From an uncultured Acidobacteriaceae bacterium (GTDB taxonomy: Bacteria > Acidobacteriota > Terriglobia > Terriglobales > Acidobacteriaceae), in the NCBI GenBank assembly GCA_963779385.1, contig CAVZYE010000008.1, forward strand, positions 14,828 to 78,827: a stretch of 64,000 nucleotides of DNA, given 5' to 3'. The notes below the pieces were generated by a model that saw only the letters and a list, made by a program, of their open reading frames with translations, was not told where the DNA came from and searched no databases. The position numbers were made by a program, and so were the translations under genes. Positions 53,962 through 64,000 of the stretch are shown piece by piece. Each line of letters begins with the position of its first letter. Position 1 is the first letter of the stretch.

Positions 53962-54713
53962 ATGTCTCTATTTCGCCGTTTTGCCCTTCTGCTGGCGCTG
54001 ATTCTGCCAGCCATGTACGTACTCAGGCCCAGAGCTCAAGTTCGAGCAGCAGCCCAGCAACCCCGGCACAGGACCAGGCACAGCAGCCAGCCGCCCAGGA
54101 TCAGGGGCAAATGAGCGTTCAGGCCCGCATCAGGGCTCGCCGCGAACAGCGCCGCGCCGCTGCAATCCACGACGCATACGATCATCTTTACGATATATAT
54201 GTCGGCGAAGGCTACATGCGCTTCAGGCTTCCTTCACCGCTGATGAGGGTGAATGAGAACATGTGGAATGCGGGCGTGACCCGCTACTACAGTGAGCGCC
54301 TGGGCGTGTCGCTGGATGCTCGCGGCATTTACGGCACGGCATTCATCGAGCCTCAGGAGGGTACTCCCTCCAATACAGGCATTGCAAAACCTGCGATCAG
54401 CCAGTACGCCGTGATGATTGGACCCAGCTACCGTTTTTACGCGCAGCCCAGGTTTTCATTCTCCGCTCGAGTGATGGGCGGGTATGCGCAGGGAGACTTC
54501 ACTGGCGACACAAGCGGCTTCGGCACCCTGGGAGTTCTTTATCCGGATGGATATACCTTCGCTGCAAACGCCAGCATCATCGGGGAGTACAACATATCGC
54601 CCAACCTCGGCTTCCGTGTGGCGCCCGAATATACGTTGACCGGCTTCGGCTCATCGACGCAGAACAGCCTTGGCTATACGCTCGGATTGGTATACAGGTT
54701 TGGAAAGCAGTAA
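53962..54713 (+). CDS. Outer-membrane beta-barrel protein (frameshift in signal region)
   Basis: Signal MSLFRRFALLLALILPA in another frame; alternating beta-strands; ends GLVYRFGKQ. Confidence 0.75.
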
Positions 54714-54715
54714 CA

Positions 54716-54848
54716 CAGGGATCAGAGATCAATTAAAGGCCAGCAGCGTGGACAGGTTCTCAAGAGCTTTCGTCTGGCTGCTGGCCATTTTTTTTATTCG
54801 AAGGCCGGCTGTTTTTCCTGATCTCTGATCTCTGACCCCTGATCTCTG
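54716..54848. repeat. Inverted heptamer repeats (CAGAGAT / CTGATCT) flanking a terminator hairpin
   Basis: cagggatcagagatca ... GGCCAGCAGC/GCTGCTGGCC + T-tract ... ctgatctctgatctctgacccctgatctctg. Confidence 0.65.
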
Positions 54849-56375
54849 CTACGGAAGTATCGGAATTCCGGCGATGCGCTGCTGCCACTCGGCGGGGCCG
54901 GTCTGGTGAACGCTGGTTCCCTTTGAATCTACGGCGACGGTTACCGGCATATCGCGGACGTCGAATTCATAAATTGCTTCCATGCCCAGATCGCCGAAGG
55001 CCAACAGGCGCGAGGCAATAATGGCCTTTGAGACCAGGTAGGCCGCTCCGCCCACGGCCATCAGATAGACCGCGCCAAATTCGCGGATGGCGTCAATGGC
55101 AACGGGGCCGCGCTCGGCCTTGCCCACCATACCCAGCAGACCTGTTTCCGCGAGCATCTGGCGGGTGAACTTGTCCATGCGCGTGGCTGTTGTGGGTCCG
55201 GCTGGGCCGACTACCTCTTCGCGGACTGGGTCCACCGGACCTACGTAATAGATGAAGCGGCCGCGAAAATCCAAGGGGAGTTTTTCGCCGCGGTTGAGCA
55301 TATCGGTCATCCGCTTGTGGGCGGCGTCGCGGCCGGTGAGCAGCTTGCCGTTCAGGAGCAGAATTTCGCCCGGCTTCCACGTGGCGGCTTCGTCGCGGGT
55401 TACGGTGTCGAGATTCACACGGCGTGCGGAGGAGACGTCGTAAGTGAGTTTGGGCCAGAGATCGAGATTTGGCGGGTCGAGATAGACCGGGCCCGAGCCG
55501 TCGAGAACGAAGTGAGCGTGGCGGGTGGCGGCGCAGTTGGGGATCATTGCGACCGGCAGGTTGGCGGCGTGGGCCGGCGTGTCCAGCACTTTTACGTCGA
55601 GCACGGTGGTCAGGCCGCCCAGGCCCTGAGCGCCGATGCCGAGGCGGTTCACTTTTTCATAGAGCTCGATGCGCAGTTCTTCGACGCGATTTTTTGGGCC
55701 GCGGGCGATCAGGTCCTGAATATCGATGGGATCCATGAGCGACTGCTTGGCCAGCAGCATGGCCTTCTCTGCGGTGCCGCCGATGCCAATGCCGAGCATT
55801 CCCGGCGGGCACCAGCCGGCGCCCATGGTGGGGACGGTTTTCAGCACCCAGTCGACCACTGACTCGTACGGTTCGAGCATGATGAATTTGGATTTGGCCT
55901 CAGAACCCCCGCCTTTGGCAGCTACCGTAACTTCAACCGTCGCGCCTTTGACCAACTCCAAGTTGACCACGGCGGGAGTGTTGTCTTTGGTGTTGATACG
56001 CTTGCCGGCAGGGTCGGCCTGGATGGATGCGCGGAGCTTGTTATCGGGGTCAAGATAAGCGCGGCGCACGCCCGCATCGGCCATTTGCTGCAGGTCCATC
56101 GACGGCTCACCGGATTCGGACTCGAAGTGAACGTCCATGCCCAACTTCACAAAAACGTTTACGATGCCGGTGTCCTGGCAGACGGGCCGGTGGCCCTCAG
56201 CGCACATGCGGCTGTTGATGAGGATCTGCGCGATGGCGTCCCGGGCGGCGGGAGACTGCTCACGGTCATATGCTTTAGCGAGGCTGGTGATATAGTCCAC
56301 CGGGTGGTAGTAGCTGATGTACTGCAGCGCGCCCGCTACACTGGCGACGAAATCTTCCTGGCGGATGACGGTCAT
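54849..56375 (-). CDS. Class I fumarate hydratase
   Basis: PVCQDTG, KGGGSE, GAGWCPP, NCAATRH, GRDAAH, GPTTATRMD. Confidence 0.95.
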   Translation of the reverse strand: MTVIRQEDFVASVAGALQYISYYHPVDYITSLAKAYDREQSPAARDAIAQILINSRMCAEGHRPVCQDTGIVNVFVKLGMDVHFESESGEPSMDLQQMADAGVRRAYLDPDNKLRASIQADPAGKRINTKDNTPAVVNLELVKGATVEVTVAAKGGGSEAKSKFIMLEPYESVVDWVLKTVPTMGAGWCPPGMLGIGIGGTAEKAMLLAKQSLMDPIDIQDLIARGPKNRVEELRIELYEKVNRLGIGAQGLGGLTTVLDVKVLDTPAHAANLPVAMIPNCAATRHAHFVLDGSGPVYLDPPNLDLWPKLTYDVSSARRVNLDTVTRDEAATWKPGEILLLNGKLLTGRDAAHKRMTDMLNRGEKLPLDFRGRFIYYVGPVDPVREEVVGPAGPTTATRMDKFTRQMLAETGLLGMVGKAERGPVAIDAIREFGAVYLMAVGGAAYLVSKAIIASRLLAFGDLGMEAIYEFDVRDMPVTVAVDSKGTSVHQTGPAEWQQRIAGIPILP

Positions 56376-56473
56376 GGAAACTCCTCTATCGCTATCAGAA
56401 TACAACCCGGAAAGTGATGCGTGCAGGAGGCGAAAAGGCAGGCCGGCCTCTTCGAGTTAGCGCCCAACCGCTT

Positions 56474-57031
56474 TCACTCATTGGTCTCTTGCGGAGACGG
56501 GTAAGTGAGCCGCCCGTTCACCACCTTAAGGAAGGGCGTCAGGTGATGTGCTGCAGGCGCCTTCGAGGTCATAATGTCTCGCACGTCCCATCCTTTTTCG
56601 ATCATTGCATCCGCGATCAATGAGCGGTGGCATCGCCACGGCACCGCCTCCGCGCACATGATTGCAGTTTTTCTGGCACGTGCAATTTGAATCAGCGCGT
56701 CAAGACCCTCGGAGAATTCCGGCGTCGCCATGTAATCGGCAAATCCTCTGAAGGAAGCGTTACGCCAGCCGCGATTGATTGAATTTTTCCTGGAGTGGCG
56801 AAGGCCGCCGAGTTTCTCGATGTGTGTGTAGCGTATATGTGTCTGTTGCAGCGATTCGCTGAGAGCGTCAGAGTTGAACTGCGGGCAGTGGCGCGATTTC
56901 GGCACCGATCTTACGTCGACGACTTCCTTAACGCCGTGATCCTTCAACAACTCGATGAACTCTTCGATCGTCCGGGTTGAGTGACCAATGGTCAGAAGAA
57001 GATTGATCGGCACGATACCAACCTCCCGCAT
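56474..57031 (-). CDS. DUF488-family protein
   Basis: TIGHS, DVRS.P.SR, LGG.R, MCAE...RCHR. Confidence 0.88.
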   Translation of the reverse strand: MREVGIVPINLLLTIGHSTRTIEEFIELLKDHGVKEVVDVRSVPKSRHCPQFNSDALSESLQQTHIRYTHIEKLGGLRHSRKNSINRGWRNASFRGFADYMATPEFSEGLDALIQIARARKTAIMCAEAVPWRCHRSLIADAMIEKGWDVRDIMTSKAPAAHHLTPFLKVVNGRLTYPSPQETNE

Positions 57032-57057
57032 CGCCGGCTGCTTCCAGCGTTACGTGT

Positions 57058-58044
57058 TCAGTTTCCGTTTTCCGCCGCCATTTCTTTTTGTTGCTCCTGC
57101 AGGATGCGCCACATGGTTCCTGAAAAAATGTTGGCTTGCACCTTGGCCGGCACTTGGCAGGCATCGAGCATGGCGTGATAGCGTGCCTGGTTGCTGTCGA
57201 GTTCGTCCAGATTTCCGCCCTGTATATCGGAGCCGAAGACGAGCTTTTCAAATGCGTCGGGAGCGTTGGAGGGAGTCATCGAGTTGGGTTCGCTCGTCCA
57301 CCAGAAAATTGAGCGGAAGAATTCATAATCGTGCTTTTTCTTGATGAGGGTTGAGCCGGCGAGGTCGAAATAAAGATTGAAGTTCCAGCGTGCGACTTCA
57401 CCGGCTTCAGCGTAGTCGGGGTTGCCGAGATGCGCGCCGATGACGGTTAACGCTGGCCAGTGCCGGGCAATCAGATCCAAGCGCGTGGCGCGCATGCGGT
57501 CAAAGCTGATATCAGCCGGCACTTGCGGTGTCGGCCGGTCCACGATGCCGGTGTGAAAAAGCAGAATCATGTGGTACTTTGCCGCGCGGTCGTAAATGGG
57601 CCAATAGGCGCGGTCGTCGTAACTTTTCTGGGCCGAGGTAATCTCGCCTAGGCCGCGAAATCCGGCCTGGTGAAAGCGGTCGATCTGATTGAGAACATCG
57701 GGATCGTCCAGCTTGACGTCTCCAAAGCCGATGAAGCGATTGGGGTACTGATGGATAAATTTGCTGGCCTCAGGAAAACCATTTGGAGTGACGAGCAGGA
57801 TACCGATGCCATCGGCGGCATTCAATTTCACCAGCAACCGGTCTAGCATGCCGGGCTCTCCTCTGAAATGCTCGTGCACATCGATGAGTTTGGGTTGCGC
57901 GGTTTGGGCCAGGCAGGCGAATGATGCGGAAAGGACGAAGAGCATGGTTGCCCATACAGCAAGGCGCATGGACGATTGTCTTGCCGGATCGCTCTGATGC
58001 TTTTTCCGCGGGTAGAAAATGAATGTGCTGTGCAGTTTGTTCAT
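57058..58044 (-). CDS. Secreted amidohydrolase-2 family protein, paralog 1
   Basis: IDVHEH, FHTG, AHLG, FGSD; signal-like segment. Confidence 0.85.
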   Translation of the reverse strand: MNKLHSTFIFYPRKKHQSDPARQSSMRLAVWATMLFVLSASFACLAQTAQPKLIDVHEHFRGEPGMLDRLLVKLNAADGIGILLVTPNGFPEASKFIHQYPNRFIGFGDVKLDDPDVLNQIDRFHQAGFRGLGEITSAQKSYDDRAYWPIYDRAAKYHMILLFHTGIVDRPTPQVPADISFDRMRATRLDLIARHWPALTVIGAHLGNPDYAEAGEVARWNFNLYFDLAGSTLIKKKHDYEFFRSIFWWTSEPNSMTPSNAPDAFEKLVFGSDIQGGNLDELDSNQARYHAMLDACQVPAKVQANIFSGTMWRILQEQQKEMAAENGN

Positions 58045-58186
58045 AGCAAGAAGGATAGCGCAATGAACCTGGGGTCGCAGGATCCTTTCGAACTGAGCCA
58101 CAACTGAGATTGCTGCGGACGTGGCGAATTGGGACTCGAGTGCGTAAAGTAGATGACATCCCTCGATTCGATTCGTACGGAGTTCC

Positions 58187-59362
58187 ATGACCAATCCATC
58201 CCTCGCTGCAACGCCCGCCCATCGGCTGCTGTCGCTGGATGTGCTGCGCGGCATCACCATCGCCTTCATGATCATGGTAAACAACAACAGCGGCCCTGGC
58301 TCGTGGCGCTTTATGAATCACGCCGCGTGGAATGGGCTGACGCCTACCGACCTGGTCTATCCCACATTTTTATTCCTGGTAGGCGCATCCATCGTCTTTG
58401 CCGTTGATGCGCGGCTGGCACGCGGAGCCACCCGCGCCCAATTGGCCTGGCATACGTTGCGGCGGACGGGGATTCTATTTCTGCTGGGAATTGTGGTCAA
58501 TTCGTTTCCGTTTTTTGCGCTTGCCCACATGCGGATTTATGGCGTGCTGCAGCGAATTGCGATTTGCTACCTGGTGGTTGGGCTGTTTTACCTTTGGGAG
58601 AAGCGAGTTTGGGCCCATGGGTTGGCGCTTGCGGTGGCGCTCGTGGGCTATTGGGTTCTGGTCCGCTGGGTTCCGGTGCCGGGAGTTGGGATGCCGGGGC
58701 GCGATATCCCCTTTATGGATCCAAGCACCAACATTGTGAATTGGCTTGACCGGCTCATGATTCCCCATCACCTGGGCGAAAGATGGCCAGATTATAATCT
58801 GCGCGAAACCCAGGGGATGCTCAGCAATATTCCTTCCGTGGGTACGACGCTGATTGGCCTGTTGACCGCCCTGTGGCTACGCGGGCGGAAGGCGGTTGCC
58901 GCCAAGACACTGGGACTGGCCGCGGCTAGTGTGGGTTGTCTGGCGATAGGCTACTTCTGGCAAATCTGGTTTCCGCTCAACAAGAGGTTGTGGACCAGTT
59001 CATTTGTTTTGGTCGCCGCCGGCTGGTCGCTGGCTATACTCGCGCTGATCTATTGGGCTGTGGAGCAGCACGGCTGGGGCAAGGAGCGGGGCAAAGGATG
59101 GATTTGGCTTTGGCTGGTCCTCGGCTCCAATGCCATCGTGGTATACATGTTCAGCGAGTTGCTGGCCAACGGACTCTGGAGCATTCACTTCATGGCAGAC
59201 GGAAAGCGGACAGACGTGCTTCTTTACACGTTCACGCACGTCTTCACGCACAACATCCCCAATCCCGGATGGGCTGCGTTTGCCTACTCGGTTTCGTTTC
59301 TGGCGGTTTGCTTTCTTCCTGTCTGGTTCCTCTATCGTAAAAAGATCTTTATCAAGGTGTGA
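58187..59362 (+). CDS. HGSNAT/DUF5009 (NagX-like) membrane acyltransferase
   Basis: RLLSLDVLRG, H..WNG.T..DLV.P.FLF, GVLQRIA, NK.LWTSS. Confidence 0.9.
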   Translation: MTNPSLAATPAHRLLSLDVLRGITIAFMIMVNNNSGPGSWRFMNHAAWNGLTPTDLVYPTFLFLVGASIVFAVDARLARGATRAQLAWHTLRRTGILFLLGIVVNSFPFFALAHMRIYGVLQRIAICYLVVGLFYLWEKRVWAHGLALAVALVGYWVLVRWVPVPGVGMPGRDIPFMDPSTNIVNWLDRLMIPHHLGERWPDYNLRETQGMLSNIPSVGTTLIGLLTALWLRGRKAVAAKTLGLAAASVGCLAIGYFWQIWFPLNKRLWTSSFVLVAAGWSLAILALIYWAVEQHGWGKERGKGWIWLWLVLGSNAIVVYMFSELLANGLWSIHFMADGKRTDVLLYTFTHVFTHNIPNPGWAAFAYSVSFLAVCFLPVWFLYRKKIFIKV

Positions 59363-59387
59363 GGTTGCCGGCTGGTCAGCCATTTTA

Positions 59388-59425
59388 TGAATGGGCGGCC
59401 ATTCGTAAAATGGTCGCCCTTATTC
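59388..59425. terminator. Hairpin between convergent genes
   Basis: GGGCGGCCATT...AATGGTCGCCC. Confidence 0.55.
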
Positions 59426-59444
59426 AACAAATTCTCTTCAGCGC

Positions 59445-60440
59445 TCAGTTTCCTGTGTCCGCGGCCATTTCTTTTTGCTGCTCTTGCAGGATGCGCCACA
59501 TGGTTCCGGAAAAGATATTGGCTTGCACGTTGGGCGGCACCTGGCAGGCGTCGAGCATGGCGTGATACCGCGCCTGGCCTTCGTCGAATTCGCCTAACTC
59601 CCCGTTAAAGATGTCGGAGCCGAAGACGAGTCTTTCAAATGCGTTGGGCGCGCCGGGCGGAGTGTGCGGGCTGACTACACCCGACCACCAGAAGATTGAG
59701 CGGAAGAAAGTGTAATCGTCCTTTTTCTTGATGAGGCTTGAGCCGGAGAGATCGAAGTAAAGATTTGGATTCAGGCGCGAAACTTCAGCGGCTTCGGCAT
59801 AGTCGGGGTTGCCGAGATGGGCGCCGATAATGATTGTCTTCGGCCAGTGGCGGGCAATCAGGTCGAGGCGCGTAGGGCGCATGCGGTCAAAACTGATATT
59901 TGCCGGTTCATCCGGACGGGGCCGGGCCACAATGCCGGTGTGAAAAAGCAAAATCATGTGGTACTTTGCCACGCGATCATAGATGGGCCAGTAGGCTGGA
60001 TCGTCGTAGTTTTTCAGTGCCGAGGTGATCTCGCCCAATCCGCGAAATCCCGCTTTGTGAAAGCGGTCGATTTGGTTGAGAACATCCGGGTCGTCAAGTT
60101 TGATATCGCCGAAACCGATGAAACGATCGGGGTGCTCGCGGATAAATTTGCTGGCTTCAGGAAAACCTTTTGGAGTGACGAGCAAGATGCCTATGCCGTC
60201 GGCAACGTCCAATTTGGCAAGCAACTGACCAAGAAAGCCGGGCTCGCCGTTAAAATGCTCGTGCACGTCAATGAGCTTGGGTTGGACGGCCTGGGCCAGG
60301 CAGGCGAACGAGGCGGAGAGCAGGAACAGAATGGTTGCGCATGCGAGAAGGCAAATCGGCGATCTCCTTGCTGAATTGTTCAGCCGACGTTTCCGAAGGG
60401 AGAAGATAAATGCAGGACGCAATTTTTTCATACTTTTCAT
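59445..60440 (-). CDS. Secreted amidohydrolase-2 family protein, paralog 2
   Basis: Same motifs; long identical stretches with paralog 1. Confidence 0.85.
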   Translation of the reverse strand: MKSMKKLRPAFIFSLRKRRLNNSARRSPICLLACATILFLLSASFACLAQAVQPKLIDVHEHFNGEPGFLGQLLAKLDVADGIGILLVTPKGFPEASKFIREHPDRFIGFGDIKLDDPDVLNQIDRFHKAGFRGLGEITSALKNYDDPAYWPIYDRVAKYHMILLFHTGIVARPRPDEPANISFDRMRPTRLDLIARHWPKTIIIGAHLGNPDYAEAAEVSRLNPNLYFDLSGSSLIKKKDDYTFFRSIFWWSGVVSPHTPPGAPNAFERLVFGSDIFNGELGEFDEGQARYHAMLDACQVPPNVQANIFSGTMWRILQEQQKEMAADTGN

Positions 60441-60632
60441 ACCAAGAAGCATAGCGCAACGGGTCCATGGCTGCTATGCTGCGAACCAGCTTGCTTTTTC
60501 ATCCCCTCTGACGGATGGTGCCATTTAATTTCGGCCACCTATTGACTGCCACGGTTCATGCGTTTGAATCTGGCATGACTGACTCAGGCATTCCGGCTCC
60601 CCAATGAAGGCCGAATGCCATAATCTGGAGAT

Positions 60633-61640
60633 ATGAGCGAAATGGTGGAAACGCTGACGGCGCAGGACGCGATCTTTGACCTCCTCGTTGTGGGCGCGGG
60701 GCCTACCGGGCTGGCTTGCGCCATAGAGGCACAGAAGGCCGGACTGCGGGTTCTGGTGGTGGATAAGGGCTGTGTCTGCAATTCGCTCTTTCATTACCCC
60801 TCGCACATGACCTTTTTCACCACGCCGGAGCTGCTGGAGATTGGGGACATTCCTTTTCCCAGCCCCAATCCCAAGCCCACGCGCAACGAGGCGCTGCAAT
60901 ATTACCGGCTGGTAGCGGCCCACTACCGGCTGGATGTTCGCCAATACCATCGCGTGGAGAAGGTGACGGGCTCCGACGGCGGCTTTAGGGTGCATACACT
61001 GGACCGCTTTGGGCGCGCGAATTCACTGGTGGCGCGCAAGCTGGCCATCGCCACGGGCTACTACGACCTGCCCAACTATATCGGCGTACTGGGCGAGAGC
61101 CTGAGCAAGGTGCATCACTACTATTTCGACTCCCACCCCTTCTTTGGAACAGATGTGATCGTGGTGGGGGGAAAGAATTCGGCGGCTATTGCGGCGCTGG
61201 AGCTGTGGCGGAGCGGGGCACGGGTAACGCTGGTTCATCGCGATGCCGAGTTGCACCGGCACGTGAAGTACTGGATCAGGCCGGACATTGAAAACCGCAT
61301 TAAAAATGAGGAGATCAAGGCGTACTTCAATTCACGCCTGGTGGAGATTAAGCTGGATACGGTAGTCATTGAGACGCCCGAGGGGACTGAGACGCTCAAG
61401 AACGATTTTGTCTTCGCCTTGACCGGATACCATCCGGACTTCGAGTTTCTTGAGGGGCTGGGCATCCGCTTCGAGGGCCAGGATAAGCTGCCGATCTGTG
61501 ATCCGGAGACGCTGGAGAGCAATGTGCCCGGGATTTATTTGGCCGGGGTGATCGTGGCCGGCTCGCGGACCAATGAGATTTTCATTGAGAACGGGCGCTT
61601 CCACGGGCGGCAGATTGCCAAGGCGCTGGCGGCACTGTAA
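60633..61640 (+). CDS. ypdA: YpdA-family putative bacillithiol disulfide reductase
   Basis: GAGP.GLACAIE, YP..M.FF.T.E.LEIG, GG.NSA, KYWI.PDI.NRI, FIENGRFH. Confidence 0.88.
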   Translation: MSEMVETLTAQDAIFDLLVVGAGPTGLACAIEAQKAGLRVLVVDKGCVCNSLFHYPSHMTFFTTPELLEIGDIPFPSPNPKPTRNEALQYYRLVAAHYRLDVRQYHRVEKVTGSDGGFRVHTLDRFGRANSLVARKLAIATGYYDLPNYIGVLGESLSKVHHYYFDSHPFFGTDVIVVGGKNSAAIAALELWRSGARVTLVHRDAELHRHVKYWIRPDIENRIKNEEIKAYFNSRLVEIKLDTVVIETPEGTETLKNDFVFALTGYHPDFEFLEGLGIRFEGQDKLPICDPETLESNVPGIYLAGVIVAGSRTNEIFIENGRFHGRQIAKALAAL

Positions 61641-61662
61641 AGCGTGTGCCGCTGTCCGCGGC

Positions 61663-63918
61663 TCAATTCAACTTCAGGCTCCGGGGTTTGAATAGGTCGA
61701 GCAGGTTGAAACTTTGCTGCTGAGCGGCTCCGGGCAGGGGCGAGCAACTGTGCTTCGGCCGGATCGGGGCTGCGTAGGAGCGGGTTACGTGCATGCGGTC
61801 CATGACGATATAGCGCGTGCGGAGGCCGTCGACGGTGGCGGGGAGCTGGGCGGGCACCTGCCTTCGGTCCACGTAAACGACCAGCGCGGCTTCCCTTGGA
61901 TTGTCGAGGCTCTGCCCTACGCCTACGCCGAAGAAGGCTGAGTTGCCGCGCATCATGGATTGCGCGACCTGCTGCTTGATGGCTGCCGCCGAGTTGAGGA
62001 CCGCAGCTGATAGGGACGGGCCGCCGTTGCCGGGCTGGGCAGGAAACTGGGGTGCTGTGCCGAAGGCTGCCGCGAAGGCCGTGGTGGGAATGACCAGGGT
62101 GCGCACGCCGTCTACCGCTGCCAGCGCGCTGACGTTCATGTTTTCGTCGACGTAAAGGATGATTGCGCTCTCGCCGGGGTGATCGCTGCTCTTGCCCGCC
62201 GCCACGCCCAAAATTCCAGTCGAGGGATTGACAAGCATGTGAGCCTGGGTGAGGGCCTGCTGTATCCGCGCGTTCTCCTGGTCAGTGAGTGTGTGAGACT
62301 GCGCGGCGCTGAGCGTGTTGTCGCCATAGTTGAGGCAACTGACAGGGTGGTCGGCTGCGCCCACGTATGTATAGGTGGTCCCGCCTGCCTGCGCGCTTAA
62401 CTCGTTCAACACATCGGGGGCGGGGTTGGCTACGCCCTGGCTGACGCCGGATACGTCTCTGCCGCCGGCAAAGTAGAGGCCCACAGGTTCGGCGTTGCCG
62501 GAATCGACCACCAGAGCGCCGGAGTCGCCCGCATCGCTGAACTGGTTGCCGCTGACGGCCAGTTGATGGGTAAAAGTTTTGGTCAGGTAAGGCCTGGTCT
62601 CGGCGCAGTCGCGGTAGTAATCGACGCTAATGTCCACATCGAGCGCTGAGACGGCAGCGCAGGTCAGTCCCGTCGTTCGGCCGCTCTTGGCCACTGTCTG
62701 GTTGAGCCTGGCGGTCTCGCCTTTGCCGCCTGTGGAGGAGATTCCGGGAGGCGCGGCGGCCAGTGTCCCGTCCGGCTGGCGGGCGCCGAACTCAAGAATG
62801 CTGCCGCTTGCGCTTACGGCGCCGGAGTTGACCTGGGCGATGGCCGCGTCTGCGTTGGTGGTGCTGGAGCGGAGCGAAAGCCAGTTGGTGAGCGTGCCCA
62901 CGGGAATGGTTCCCGCGCCGTCACCGTTAGGGGTGCAGTTATTGTCAATGAGTCCCGGCTGAATGATAGCGTCGCCCACGGCGGCATGGTCGCTCCGTGC
63001 CAGCACGTGGTTGTTGCTGAGCAGGTATTGGCGATTGTTGGAGTCCTGGATGAGAGCGCCCAGCGTGCCGCTGCAACAGTCGACAATCTGATTGCCGTTG
63101 ATGTCGTAGTCGTGGTTGTTGCCGCCGGAGCTGCCCAGCGGGATCTGCGTGGTCGACTGTGCCTGATGGTTGGCGGGATTGCTGGAGATTCCGGCGGAGT
63201 TCAGCAGTACTTCAGCCGCATCCTTTGAGGAGGAGCTGCCGATGGTGGCCACAACGTAAGTTGCCGCGGTAGAGGAAACCAGGGCCGGCGACGAGTAAGT
63301 AACGGTGCAGTAGGTGAAGGCCTGGCTGCCGCGCTGGCAGGTTGTGCCGCCCAGCGTACCCTGGCCGCCGCTGGAGCCGGTGGGCGAACTCGAAAGCGCG
63401 AAGTTGATGCCGGTGTAGCCGCCTGCTTCAGCCAGGTAGCCGGTCACGGTGACTTGCCCGTTGGCGCCCAGGGCGACGTTTTCAGGCGTGAGCGGTTGCA
63501 GAAAACCTGGCGTTACGGTCAGTACGGCAGTCGCTATGGAGGTAGCGCCGGTTATGGAACTCAGCGTTGCTGTTACCACTACATCGACGCGGTCGGCGGT
63601 GAGATAGCTGGGCGGAGTGTAAAGTCCATCTTCGGTAATGCTGCCCGACCCGCTGGTTCGATCGCCGCCGGAGAGCGACCAGACGACGGGTGCTTCGCCT
63701 CCGCTGGCGAGCTTTGCGGTGAACTGCTCCACGGGTGTTCCGTGCTCGCTGATCGCGTTGCAGCCGGTGCAATTGGTATCAACCAGGCTAGTGCCGGGAG
63801 AGATGGAAAAGACGTCGTTTGAGGGATCTGCGGTCACACGCCCATCGGCGCAACCGGCCGCCAGAAGCAGAGCCGGAGCCAGAATCATCGCAAGTGATCT
63901 CAAATTACGGCTCCGCAT
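61663..63918 (-). CDS. Lipoprotein with Ig-like domains, trypsin-like serine protease domain and duplicated C-terminal domain
   Basis: Lipobox LAAGC; GTLG, LSNNHVL (His), DAAIA (Asp), KSGRTTG.T, GDSG (Ser). Confidence 0.82.
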   Translation of the reverse strand: MRSRNLRSLAMILAPALLLAAGCADGRVTADPSNDVFSISPGTSLVDTNCTGCNAISEHGTPVEQFTAKLASGGEAPVVWSLSGGDRTSGSGSITEDGLYTPPSYLTADRVDVVVTATLSSITGATSIATAVLTVTPGFLQPLTPENVALGANGQVTVTGYLAEAGGYTGINFALSSSPTGSSGGQGTLGGTTCQRGSQAFTYCTVTYSSPALVSSTAATYVVATIGSSSSKDAAEVLLNSAGISSNPANHQAQSTTQIPLGSSGGNNHDYDINGNQIVDCCSGTLGALIQDSNNRQYLLSNNHVLARSDHAAVGDAIIQPGLIDNNCTPNGDGAGTIPVGTLTNWLSLRSSTTNADAAIAQVNSGAVSASGSILEFGARQPDGTLAAAPPGISSTGGKGETARLNQTVAKSGRTTGLTCAAVSALDVDISVDYYRDCAETRPYLTKTFTHQLAVSGNQFSDAGDSGALVVDSGNAEPVGLYFAGGRDVSGVSQGVANPAPDVLNELSAQAGGTTYTYVGAADHPVSCLNYGDNTLSAAQSHTLTDQENARIQQALTQAHMLVNPSTGILGVAAGKSSDHPGESAIILYVDENMNVSALAAVDGVRTLVIPTTAFAAAFGTAPQFPAQPGNGGPSLSAAVLNSAAAIKQQVAQSMMRGNSAFFGVGVGQSLDNPREAALVVYVDRRQVPAQLPATVDGLRTRYIVMDRMHVTRSYAAPIRPKHSCSPLPGAAQQQSFNLLDLFKPRSLKLN

Positions 63919-64000
63919 GGTTGAAATCTTAGTATAGGCCGGTTTGCACATCGCCGGATAGAAGGAATCATGCGACCTGGCATCGGCAAAGGGCCGCGCC

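Overview
GC-rich bacterial chromosomal window, most likely Acidobacteriota (Terriglobales/Acidobacteriaceae-like). This is inferred from gene content and intergenic repeat families. Many genes are split by 1-bp indels concentrated in blocks (about 2-6, 14.7-21.4, 24-28 and 36.7-43.2 kb), most simply explained as uncorrected long-read errors. Housekeeping genes: rnj, dapD, rfbD, rnhB-rplS-trmD-rimM-khpA-rpsP (interrupted by accessory genes), bfr, mqnC, class I fumarase, ypdA. Carbohydrate and envelope genes: GH2, two Tat sulfatases, esterase, LacI, PIG-L, APC, MFS, GT2, porins. Also present: a NikR/TonB-receptor module with two matching operators, and two IS5-family elements, each inserted at the apex of a REP-like hairpin. 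The best candidate for an undescribed system is 33.5-37.8 kb. It encodes a secreted precursor with five tandem copies of a 20-aa proline-rich peptide, two paralogous ~7-TM proteins and a membrane-anchored protein, divergent from a PilZ protein and an atypical NarL/LuxR regulator. A ~36-bp DNA motif is shared by the two promoter regions. This looks like a multi-core peptide (pheromone-like) signalling module. No tRNA, rRNA or CRISPR array was seen.
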